Part shown: one piece after another, positions 23,934 to 35,152 of the stretch
Numbering within the stretch: position 1 is the stretch's first letter
Layout of the letters: each line of letters opens with the position of its first letter
From: Macrostomum hystrix
Taxonomy: Eukaryota > Animalia > Platyhelminthes
Direction of reading: 5' to 3'
Assembly (NCBI GenBank): GCA_950097015.1
Contig: CATNEN010000039.1
Location: 18,476,001-18,540,000, forward strand
DNA length: 64,000 nucleotides
The notes under the pieces: model-generated
The model's input: the letters and a program-made list of their open reading frames with translations, nothing else
Told to the model about the DNA's origin: nothing
Database searches by the model: none
Program-made: the position numbers and the translations under genes

Positions 23934-26900
23934 TCAAGGAGCCACTGGCGAAGCAGCGTCGCTGGTTGGTGGCAGTACGGAAGCGTCGAGCTGCTGTTCC
24001 GGAAAAATCTGCGCGTTTTTTCGCAGCAAATAGATAAGGCCATCGTACCTTGCCGAGAGAATGGCGACCATCGGTTGACCTGATGCCTCGTCTATCTGTC
24101 TGCTTGTCTGGGACAGTGAATAAGACAGAAAATGAGTGACTCGTCTGGCCTCAGCGCTGACTAGCATCGACTCTTCTGCTACGCGTTGACGAAGATGCCA
24201 AAGGCGAACCGCCTCCATCCGTGGTGCATACTCAACAGGATTTAGTGCAGCGAAGCCAGCCGAGTTAGGATGGCTGAAATCTTCGAAGCGCAGCTTTCGC
24301 ACAGTGGGAACCTGTGAACATGTGTACAGAAAACCTATGAAATATGAAGTGCATGCTATGGATGCTAGACGCCTTATTGTGATTCACCAAATTTGATTAC
24401 AGTCAGCTCTATAAAATAATCATGCATGAAATGATAGTCATCAAGCGCTTGAAAACAGATAGCAGTTAAACAGTTACACGACAGATAGAATATCAACTCA
24501 AAACTTCTTCACCTTGGCATTGTAGCTCCTTATGATCCGATTTGACTTTCGAATGCTAACTGATGTAACTATGCGGAGTCGCTTAGCGAGCTTTTGGCCT
24601 CTCTCAGTGACGGAGTGTCTGATGAGAAACTCTCGTTCGCAAGCCAATTGATGCAGACGCGAGATTACTTTAACCTTGCTAGAGCGTTGAATGCTTTGCT
24701 CGCTGTTCGATGTGACACGCAATTCTGCATCCCACTGTTCAGCTAGAGCATCGAAGCTTGTGGTATCTGGATGCATGAAAGGAGAAAAAAGAAGGCGACC
24801 ATAAAACACTTTATGAAGGATGGATACACCCCCAGGACCTTTTGCTCTGTGGCCCACTCGTTCCAAAATCGTGAATGTCTCAATGCTAATGTGCTCAAGC
24901 GATGTAAAACTCGCGCAAAGCGGTAACCTTTGCTCGAACCAAAGCTGTAACGAATTAGCTCACTAAATAGAAAATAATTTAACAAACCTGCATAGCCATG
25001 TTTCTTCAGGAAATCGACAATATCCTTCTCTACAATAACAGTCATCCTGTGATGCATTACAAGGCGTTTCTTCAGCCACGTTGCTGCGAAAAGAACAATT
25101 CAGTAAAGTAAGATTAAATTTCACCTAAAATAATCGTACTTGTCTGGAGTCAGAAGCAGCTTTCAGAAGCATGTACAGTTTAATTAGTTCAAACCGAAAT
25201 CCTAATTCTAGCTTTAATTTATTGTGGCGGATAATAAAAGCAACTCTCGCTTACAGATTTCAAGTAGCTTCTGGAAGTTTATTGAGTTGGCCATGTGAGA
25301 CAAAAACTGTCGACGGTTGTAATGTGTCATCTCTTTGACCTGTGGTCCATACCGCCGGATTATTGACCACAGAGATTCGCATGATTCTCCGTCCGTCAGA
25401 CCAGCGCCGTTGGTATAGCGTATGCCCTGCTTTATTTGGCACTGGTATACATGGCCGTAGGCATGAAAAGCTGGCACGGCAAACTTCATTCGATCTACGG
25501 CGAAATGACCCTGAAGCTTACATGCCACATCGTATGACACGATTAGAGGAACCGGCGATGGGACATCTTCAAGAGCTTGAGCCACCATAGTGCATGCATA
25601 GTTCAGCCTGTAATTGTTCACATAGAAGACGAAACATTAGTAGTACCCCATGAGGTATCAGTATTAGTCAAGTTATTTGGGCCAATACTCAGAACATTTT
25701 TTCGGCAAACTTATCTTCTGGATTTCATCAAACTTCACAATTCACAAATGAGTGATCTTGAAACCAGAACACTATTAAATTCGTTAATTTTTCATCTAAC
25801 CTATCCTAAAAACCCTGCACATACAAGCACTTATGGCTTTAAAATTGCATAAACTGAAATTAAATAGCAACTGAAATACTTCTCTCCTGGCGTCGTCATG
25901 TCAGCGAGGTATCGAATGCAGCCGTGGCGGCACGAACCACAGAAACAACCGAAGACGTCGAGACGCTGGATGTCCGACGAAGAACTGAGCGCCTGGCCTC
26001 GACCACCAGCAGTCCAGTTGGAGCAGTGTTCTTCTTTGGGCTCAGTTTTTTTCTGAAAATCAACATCTAAAAAGATGTCCGTTTTTGGAGCCGAAGAAAG
26101 GTCATCGCCCCCTGCGGTTTTTCGATGACGAATTCCAAAGCAACCGTCAAGTAAAAGAAAGCACGGTTGACTTTCATTGCAATCAGGCTGCTACAAAGGG
26201 TTTATTTAAAACAGTAAATAAGGAATGTGTAAGGCAACTGTTCAACCGTTCTAATGGCATAACAAGGAAATGCAATGTCATATATAAAATGAAATCCGAT
26301 TATATAAACCATTTGGTAGCACATACAACATAGCATGCAGGGCAGTCCACCTTTGCTGACCAACGTATGTCATCGACAAAGTGCTCAAACGCTCTGAATG
26401 CACCGAATGTGTTCAGATGTCGGTAAAGGTTGACCTGAAAAGAATTGCACTTTTTAATCAATAAACCCTTTGGAATGGAAATTCGACTTCCGGAAAGTAA
26501 TTGAGACTTATTTTATTTTCGAGACTAGATCCTAGCTACTTTACTTACAGGCCCGAAATTCCACATAGGAGTTTTATGTAGCTCGAGTGCTTTACATATT
26601 GAGAACAAAGACGCGCTAGTGCACTGTCTTAGCGACTCCATAAGGAACAGAAGACGAATTGAAACAGCCTTAGGCACGTGGGCGCGCTCAGGGACTGCTT
26701 GCAATGGCCAGTAGCCGAGGTGCAACATAGCCTGAGAGGTGGTTGTGCATCTGCACATATGAAGCTTGACGTTCAATTCTTCAGCTGCAAATGAGTCACA
26801 TGAAATGGTAGATTTAAACTCTGATACCGTAGAAGAAAGGGTGGCTTTTTTCTTGATTATATTCTTAGGAGGCTGTCTAAATAAGTTACACAACTTTCTC

Positions 26901-27952
26901 TTTATTTACGCGCTAGCATTTTGCAGCGACCTAAAACATTAATGTCGAGGCTTTAACCTCGACATTATTGGGGAATTAAGGAATGTAATTCAGAATTACT
27001 GCACTGGTTTTACAAGTTAAATTTTTACAGCCAATGCAATCGCCTAAAAACACAAATAGTGCTCTTGAGAAAAAACTTGACAGTCGTAATTAAAAATATA
27101 GGTTTCAAAGCAAAACAACAAGTAAACCAATAGGATTGTTTATTACACCTCGATGGCTCGATCTTACCATCTTCAGTGAAGAATACAGCATCGATCAAGT
27201 ATGTTCCATCGTGCTCCTCTTGATCTCCAAACGAACACTCGATGTGACACGTCAGAGTGTCAGACGTACGTTTAAAATATTTTCCCTATAAATAAAATAT
27301 AACATTTCATCGTTTGAGTATAGAATTATTTGATACTCGTATATACTTATAGCTTTTCTATACAGTTATTTAACTCTTATAAACCTACATTCCATTGCTC
27401 CACTACATGTAGAGGATTATGCCTGTGCTGGTAGTTCATGCAACTTGTGCAAACCTCTCTTAGGCCACACATGTTGCATCGGAGGGAGCTCTCCATCTCA
27501 TTGCACAGTTGGCAGACACCTCGCCGATGATGAATTTTGCTGTAGGAGTTGTACAAATTGCGACGATTATCTCGCCACGCTTTTGAAAATTCTTCTGAAG
27601 CCTTAGCGTAGCGGGACTTGCGTGGTGCATTTTGATCCTCTTGCATGCATTGGGGATTCGGATCAGAACTATTGGATGACGCACTAGTGGGCGCAGTCTG
27701 ATCTACGTCAATCCAGTCATCATCCTGAATCCTGTAAAATACAGGCAGGGGTACGTATTTAATAGAAGTAACAACTTCCTTGATTATTAATGTCTGGAAA
27801 ATGTCCATTCGAAAAATAAATTCGTATTCAACTTACTCATTCGAAATCCTAATCCTCTTTCTGGATTGCTCGTACGATACTTTAACTGTTCTGCAACGCC
27901 TTCCAGCAACATGTTGCTTAATTGTATTTGAAATTTTTGACGTTCGTGGCAT
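23934..27952 (-). CDS. CxC2-KDZ transposase, 10 exons (27952-27837, 27731-27389, 27285-27168, 26784-26549, 26434-26327, 26190-25880, 25607-25255, 25083-24988, 24766-24513, 24311-23934), ~770 aa
   Basis: Exon total 2313 nt, all junctions GT-AG and in phase. Motifs: CxxC...CxxC...CxxC...H...PLHVVEQWNGKYF and CRC...LGYWP (CxC2-like), CPAC, LLDGCF, DVFGCFCGSCRHG, PGEKLNY, YDVAC, FHAYGHVYQC, GAGLTDGESCESLWS, GQKLAKRL...IRSYN, RVAEE. The exon 4 acceptor has an in-frame alternative at 26820. Confidence 0.88.
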
Positions 27953-28219
27953 CTGAAAAGGTAGCTGGAAAACTGGATTTGAAATTAGTGGCGTAAGACA
28001 ATTATTTGAGTAAACACGTGATAAGAAGAGACTGTTCAAATAGTTTTGTAAGACCTTGATTGTTGTGTTAATACGAAAGTGCCAGGAAGGCTGCAGCTCA
28101 GTGCCGAAACACTTTACTGCTGACAATTGTGTCAGCAGTTAGACCCCAAATACCCACTCCACGACGACTCGCTTTTAGCTGGCCAAACCCATATCAGTCT
28201 GCCTCGGCTGGCTACAGTT

Positions 28220-31200
28220 TTAGGGTGAGAAGGGTCACGGGATCAGGTTGAGGATCAGGTTGAGGATTAGGGTGAGGATTAGGGTGAGGATTAGGGTGAG
28301 GATTAGGGTGACGATCGGTGAGGATTAGGGTGAGGATCGGTGAGGATTAGGGTGAGAAGGGTCACGGGATCAGGTTGAGGATCAGGGTGAGGAAAGCTAC
28401 AGGACCAGGGTGAGAAAGGCTACAGGATCAGAGTGAGGAAGGATATAGGATCAGAGTGAGGAAGGCTACAGGATCAGGGTGAGGAAGGATATAGGATCAG
28501 AGTGAGGAAGGATACAGGATCAGGGTAAGGAAGGCTACAGGATCAGGGTGAGAAAGGCTACAGGATCAGGGTGAGGAAGGCTACAGGATCAAGGTGAGGA
28601 AGGCTACAGGATCAGGGTAAGGAAGGCTACAGGATCAGGGTGAGGAAGGCTACAGGATCAGGGTGAGGAAGGCTACAGGATCAGGGTGAGGAAGGCTACA
28701 GGATCAGGGTAAGGAAGGCTACAGGATCAGGGTGAGGAAGGCTACAGGATCAAGGTGAGGAAGGCTACAGGATCAGGGTGGGGAAGGCTACAGGATCAAG
28801 GTGAGGAAGGCTACAGGATCAGGGTGGGGAAGGCTACAGGATCAGGGTGAGGAAGGCTACAGGATCAGGGTGAGGAAGGCTACAGGATCAGGATAAGAAA
28901 AGCTACAGGATCAGGGTGAGGAAGGCTACAGGATCAGGTAAGGAAGGCTACAGGATCAGGGTGAGGAAGGCTACAGGATCAGGGTAAGGAAGGCTACAGG
29001 ATCAGGGTGAGAAAGGCTACAGGATCAGGTAAGGAAGGCTACAGGATCAGGGTGAGGAAGTATACAGGATCAGGGTGGGGAAGGCTACAGGATCAAGGTG
29101 AGGAAGGCTACAGGATCAGGTAAGGAAGGCTACAGGATCAGGGTGAGGAAGGCTACAGGATCAGGGTGAGGAAGGCTACAGGATCAGGGTGAGGAAGGCT
29201 ACAGGATCTGGGTGAGGAAGGCTACAGGATCAGGGTGAGGAAGGCTACAGGATCAGGGTGAGGAAGGCTACAGGATCAATGTGAGGAAGGCTACAGGATC
29301 AGGTAAGGAAGGCTACAGGATCAGGTAAGGAAGGCTACAGGATCAGGGTGAGGAAGGCTACAGGATCAGGGTGAGAAAGGCTACAGGATCAGGGTGAGGA
29401 AGGCTACAGGATCAGGTAAGGAAGGCTACAGGATCAGGGTGAGGAAGGCTACAGGATCAGGGTGAGGAAGGCTACAGGATCAGGGTAAGGAAGGCTACAG
29501 GATCAGGGTGAGGAAGGCTACAGGATCAAGGTGAGGAAGGCTACAGGATCAGGGTGGGGAAGGCTACAGGATCAGGGTGAGGAAGGCTACAGGATCAGGG
29601 TGAGGAAGGCTACAGGATCAGGATAAGAAAAGCTACAGGATCAGGGTGAGGAAGGCTACAGGATCAGGTAAGGAAGGCTACAGGATCAGGGTGAGGAAGG
29701 CTACAGGATCAGGGTAAGGAAGGCTACAGGATCAGGGTGAGAAAGGCTACAGGATCAGGTAAGGAAGGCTACAGGATCAGGGTGAGGAAGTATACAGGAT
29801 CAGGGTGGGGAAGGCTACAGGATCAAGGTGAGGAAGGCTACAGGATCAGGTAAGGAAGGCTACAGGATCAGGGTGAGGAAGGCTACAGGATCAGGGTGAG
29901 GAAGGCTACAGGATCAGGGTGAGGAAGGCTACAGGATCAGGGTGAGGAAGGCTACAGGATCAGGGTGAGGAAGGCTACAGGATCAGGGTGAGGAAGGCTA
30001 CAGGATCAAGGTGAGGAAGGCTACAGGATCAGGTAAGGAAGGCTACAGGATCAGGTAAGGAAGGCTACAGGATAAGGGTGAGGAAGGCTACAGGATCAGG
30101 GTGAGAAAGGCTACAGGATCAGGGTGAGGAAGGCTACAGGATCAGGTAAGGAAGGCTACAGGATCAGGGTGAGGAAGGCTACAGGATCAGGGTGAGAAAG
30201 GCTACATGATCAGGGTGAGGAAGGCTACAGGATCAGGGTGAGAAAGGCTACAGGATCAGGGTGAGGAAGGCTACAGGATCAGGGTGAGGAAGGCTACAGG
30301 ATCAGGGTAAGAAAGGCTGGGCCAGTAGAGGAGCAGTGAGTAGAGGAGCAGTGAGTAGAGGAGCAGGGGTAGAGGAGCAGTGAGTAGAGAAGCAGTGAGT
30401 AGAGGAGCAGTGAGTAGAGAAGCAGTGAGTAGAGAAGCAGTGAGTAGAGGAGCAGTGAGTAGAGGAGCAGGGGTAGAGGAGCAGGGGTAGAGGAGCAGTG
30501 AGTAGAGAAGCAGTGAGTAGAGGAGCAGTGAGTAGAGGAGCAGGGGTAGAGGAGCAGTGAGTAGAGAAGCAGTGAGTAGAGGAGCAGTGAGTAGAGGAGC
30601 AGTGAGTAGAGGAGCAGTGAGTAGAGGAGCAGGGGTAGAGGAGCAGTGAGTAGAGAAGCAGTGAGTAGAGAAGCAGTGAGTAGAGGAGCAGTGAGTAGAG
30701 GAGCAGGGGTAGAGGAGCAGTGAGTAGAGAAGCAGTGAGTAGAGGAGCAGTGAGTAGAGAAGCAGTGAGTAGAGGAGCAGTGAGTAGAGGAGCAGGGGTA
30801 GAGGAGCAGTGAGTAGAGAAGCAGTGAGTAGAGGAGCAGTGAGTAGAGGAGCAGTGAGTAGAGGAGCAGTGAGTAGAGGAGCAGGGGTAGAGGAGCAGTG
30901 AGTAGAGAAGCAGTGAGTAGAGGAGCAGTGAGTAGAGGAGCAGGGGTAGAGGAGCAGTGAGTAGCGAAGCAGGGGTAGAAGAGCAGGGGTAGAGGAGCTG
31001 GGCCAGTAGAGGACAGGGCCAGTAGATGAGCAGTGAGTAGAGGAGCAGTGAGTAGAGGAGCAGTGAGTAGAGGAGCAGGGCCAATAGAGGAGCAGTGGGT
31101 AGAGAAGCAGGGGCAGAAAAGCAGGGGTAGAGAAGCAGGGGTAGAGAAGCAGGGGTAGAGGAGCAGGGGTAGAGGAGCAGGGCCAGTAGAGAAGCAGTGA

Positions 31201-32481
31201 GTAGATGAGCAGGTGTTGAGGATCAATGGGTAGAGAAGCAGGGGCAGAGAAGTAGGGGTAGATGAGCAGGGCCAGTAGAGGAGCAGTGGGTAGAGAAGTA
31301 GGGGTAGAGAAACAGGGGTAGAGGAGCTGCGATAGAGGAGCAGGGCCAGTAGAGGAGCAGTGAGTAGATGAGCAGGTGTTGGGGATCAATGGTTAGAGAA
31401 GCGGGGGTGGGGGAGCAGTTAGTAGAGAAGCATGGCTAGTAGAAAGGTGAGTGATCATGTCAAGGCACATTGAAAGATCAGAGTATAGAGCACTATATAA
31501 TTAATTAAATAAAAGCTAGCCAAAGAAATAGCATCAGCCAATAGAAGGCTATAGGATCAGTGCGAAGGAAGGCTATAATGAGGATAGGGAAGGTTACAAT
31601 ATTAGGTCAAGGAGGGCTATAGAATCAGGTCATGGTCATGGAAACCTGATTAATTAGTTGTTGCTGTTGATTAATGACTGTTATGGAATCTTTAATTTCA
31701 TAGGCTGATAGAGGTCTAATGGAATGATTTTATATCATTTTAAGGAAGATTTGAATTAATAAATGGCAAACTGTTATGCTCTACTCTTCTACTTTTGGCT
31801 AGCTAATACAAATTTGTTCTATATAGGTGATAGCTATAAGTAAGCTATAGGCCTAACCAGGCCAGGCATATATGGTATAGTCGATATGGCAACTTATTTA
31901 TTACTAGTTAGTTCTTAGCAATTTTATATTTAGTTTGTAATAAAAAATGCCTAACATAGGCCTATTCTAAAAAGTATATTGATAAAAACTAAGTAGCAGG
32001 GGCAATTTAAGCATTTTGAACAACAGCTGGAACAACCAAATATTTCATTTTAAGTACGATAGACCTATAGAACTATGATAGATCTGCTGGTTGCAGTCAT
32101 TGCCAAAAAAAATCTACTTTGTAGTCTATCTACAAGTATTATTCTATTTTATGGTTGATATTATGCATTAAAAGCATATATGATAATACTGCAGCTCGCG
32201 GCCTACCCAGGCTTAGTAAACTTAAATCATGATTATTAAAAATATACGCATTAAATATTACTGAATAAAGATCCAAATCCAAATATTTTGTGATTTCATT
32301 TTCTATAAAAATGCTAACAGATTGAATATAAAACAATAATTACTACCACGTTTTGTTCATACAATGTGCGACACTAACTAGCGCAAATCGAGCATGCTGA
32401 GAATGCATACAGCATGCTGTATAGTCGTATTTAACGTGTCTATAACTGTGCTTTTTTACCGTTCTAATGTAAACACGGGTG
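28220..32481 (-). repeat. Right terminal inverted repeat (~4.3 kb): 12-bp array, expanded 23-bp array (~28380-30315), 15-bp array (~30320-31390) and unique arm
   Basis: Reverse complement of the left TIR with different minisatellite copy numbers. Confidence 0.95.
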
Positions 32482-33703
32482 CATTTTTGGACCAAATAGA
32501 GAGCAGAAAAAGGGTAATTTGTTTTATTATCTACTAAAGTTATTCAGTAGCGACCCTCTAAAACCCGAGCAAAAGCATAGCCATGGTTAATTCAATTCAA
32601 GTAGTTTTTGTTATTTTGACTGTAAAATCGAAAATACAAAAGGAAAATCTTCTAAGAAGCAAATTTTCGTTTTCACGTGGTTGTATCCATGTATTTGATA
32701 TGTTTTAGACGTAAAAAGACTAAACAGGATATAAATACGAACTAATCATAGTTACAGATTTTTTGTTCATTTGTTTATTGTCTTTCTGATAAAATGAGGA
32801 GTGCAATTTGTTAAGTTTAATGATATGAGGACATCAGAAAAAATATAATCAACTTCGCTAAGTGATTACACCTGTACTAATTGGGCCAGATGTGCAGCTT
32901 ACAGCACACCTGCCTGAAGCAGTCGCACAGAATCTGGTCGTTCAGTCCATCGATTAGGGACATGCCCTTCTTCAGATCAGATACCACAGCAAATGCTGGT
33001 ACCTATATTTAACAGCAGGGTAAATGGAAGCAAATAGTAAATAAAGAGATAGGGTCTTGCTAAACTAAATAACTTAGCAAGAAAATTGCACCTGTGAAAT
33101 TTATAATCAAAGTCACACGTTTTATGCTGGAGTATTGAACTCAAGCATTAAACTACAATCCACTTGCTAAAGTTTTTAAGATGATTATATATGCTGGTAA
33201 TCCTTATTAGACCATACCTTTTCTATTGGATTTTAAGAATATACTCTCTAATGTCTATATAAATTTAACTAAAAATATGACTTTTATATATTGATTAGCT
33301 GATTCTCATAGGTGCAAAAGTTGCAAGAAGGTGATATATATTCATCACAAGTTACTAAGATAAAATATTGTTTGAATTTATTTAAATATATGTATTGGAA
33401 GCATTTGTGAAATGCTTCTGAGAGCAAAAAACTAGTTTTGAGAACATGTAATAGATCATATGATGTGTACAATCTCATATTTAACAAATTAAAGACCTAA
33501 TTTTTTTTAATGGCCCTTTCTTCATAAGTTAAGCAATTTAAACAATTTATCATAGCAAAAAAGTTTTAATTGGATCCATAATGTCATATTCCTTAAATGT
33601 ATATTTCAAGTAAAATTTCAGCAAAACTATGCTTCATTAGAACAAAACTTTTAGCATACAAATTATTGTTCTTTAAAAATAAATATATACAATATGCCAA
33701 AAG

Positions 33704-34996
33704 CAGTGTTGGGCAACCTTCCGGCACTTCCGGCACTTTTTGTGCCGGAAGTTACTGTTTTTTAAAGCGGCACTTTTTTCCGGTTCTTTTTTTTGTAGTG
33801 CCGGACTAGGGTATCGGAAGTTACTTTTTGTTAAGTCCGGTACTTCCGGCACTTTTTTAAATGCAGAGAAAAAAAGAGAAAGAAAGTAAAGAAAACATAC
33901 AAATTGAAAGAATTTTCATATCATCAGTTCATAATGTCGTAAGAAATGCCGAGAAATTTCGAAATTTATTTAGTTGGTGAATTTTAACAACTTTTTGGTT
34001 CTTTAAAAAATTAAATGTTTAATTCGAGCAAAGCGAGCACCTCTTGCCGACGCGACACTAAACTGCCTTGTACTACTTCGCGGCAACAGGCATTTGATGT
34101 GAATTGTGACAACATGACTGTCTATATCTAGCTTTTACACTAGTGCTAAAGCTTTCAAGTTTAAATTACGGGGGTTCCTTTTAAGAAGCATGCAAACTTT
34201 TTTTCTCAGCTGTTAACCTAGGCTAAATTGTCTAAATGTCAAAGTAGTTTTTTCAGGCCTTAAAAGGTTATTGAATTAATAAAGGTAATTATCAGCAGGG
34301 CAGCAGCGCCACTAGAGCTACTCTTTCCACCTTTTTAGAGTTGTCACTTTATGTCATTAGTTTGTAAGACTCTTGTGTTGTTAGTTATTCAGTGGTGTGA
34401 TTGAGGCGCGAATATGCGATTTCTGAGGGCAGGCTCGAATTATCGTCAAACAGAGGCGCGATTTTTCAATTTTCGAATTTTCATTTTTTACTGATCACGT
34501 TTAGTCTATTTGCGCACGCTTTATTCAAATTTAAACTTAATGTAATGTTATGGTGTAAAATACATGCAAATCTAATTTTTTTTCAGCTTTTTTAGTTGCG
34601 CAGGCCAAACTTTTGAGTGGTAATTGGTAAAGTTCTGCCACAGCAAGGATTGAACCTTAGTGCTGGAAAAAGAAGCAAAAACCATAAAAATATAGGTTTT
34701 CAGAAATTAATTTTTCGTTTTCAATAATTTCATTTAATCATTTTCCACTTGGTTTTACTCTAGACAAGTTGGCAGTTGCAAAGGCATGTTATTATTGGTT
34801 TTTTAATAATAAAAACATAATTAAGCCCTTCTTTAACACGCGATTTTTCAAAAGTAGAAAGTACCGGTGCCGAAGAACCGGAAGTTACTTTTATTTTCGA
34901 GTGCCGGTACCGGAACTACTACCGGAAGTTACTTTCTTTAGAACCGGAAGTTACTTGACCGGAAGTTACTTTTTTAAAGTAACTTGCCCAACACTG
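33704..34996. mobile_element. Non-autonomous hAT-type DNA transposon (1293 bp)
   Basis: TIR CAGTGTTGGGCAA / TTGCCCAACACTG; 8-bp TSD GCCAAAAG at 33696-33703 and 34997-35004; subterminal CCGGAAGTTACT/TTCCGGCAC repeats at both ends; no transposase ORF. Confidence 0.9.
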
Positions 34997-35152
34997 GCCA
35001 AAAGTAATTTTTTGTTAAATAAATATGCACTATTGCTCTATTTTTACTTTGACTACATTGTCAAGTTCATGGAACTTTGATTTGGAACTTCCTTAATAAA
35101 GTAAATAAAATAATTCTGATTGTAAAATAAAACTGATGCAATTTCAGTTACT

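Larger units (their letters stand above)
9599..32481. mobile_element. Giant (22,883 bp) KDZ-type (Kyakuja/Dileera/Zisupton-like) DNA transposon with multi-kb TIRs
   Basis: Termini CACCCGTGTTTACATTAGAAC... and ...GTTCTAATGTAAACACGGGTG; 7-bp TSD CATTTTT at 9592-9598 and 32482-32488; internal KDZ transposase gene and a second, convergent gene. Confidence 0.9.
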
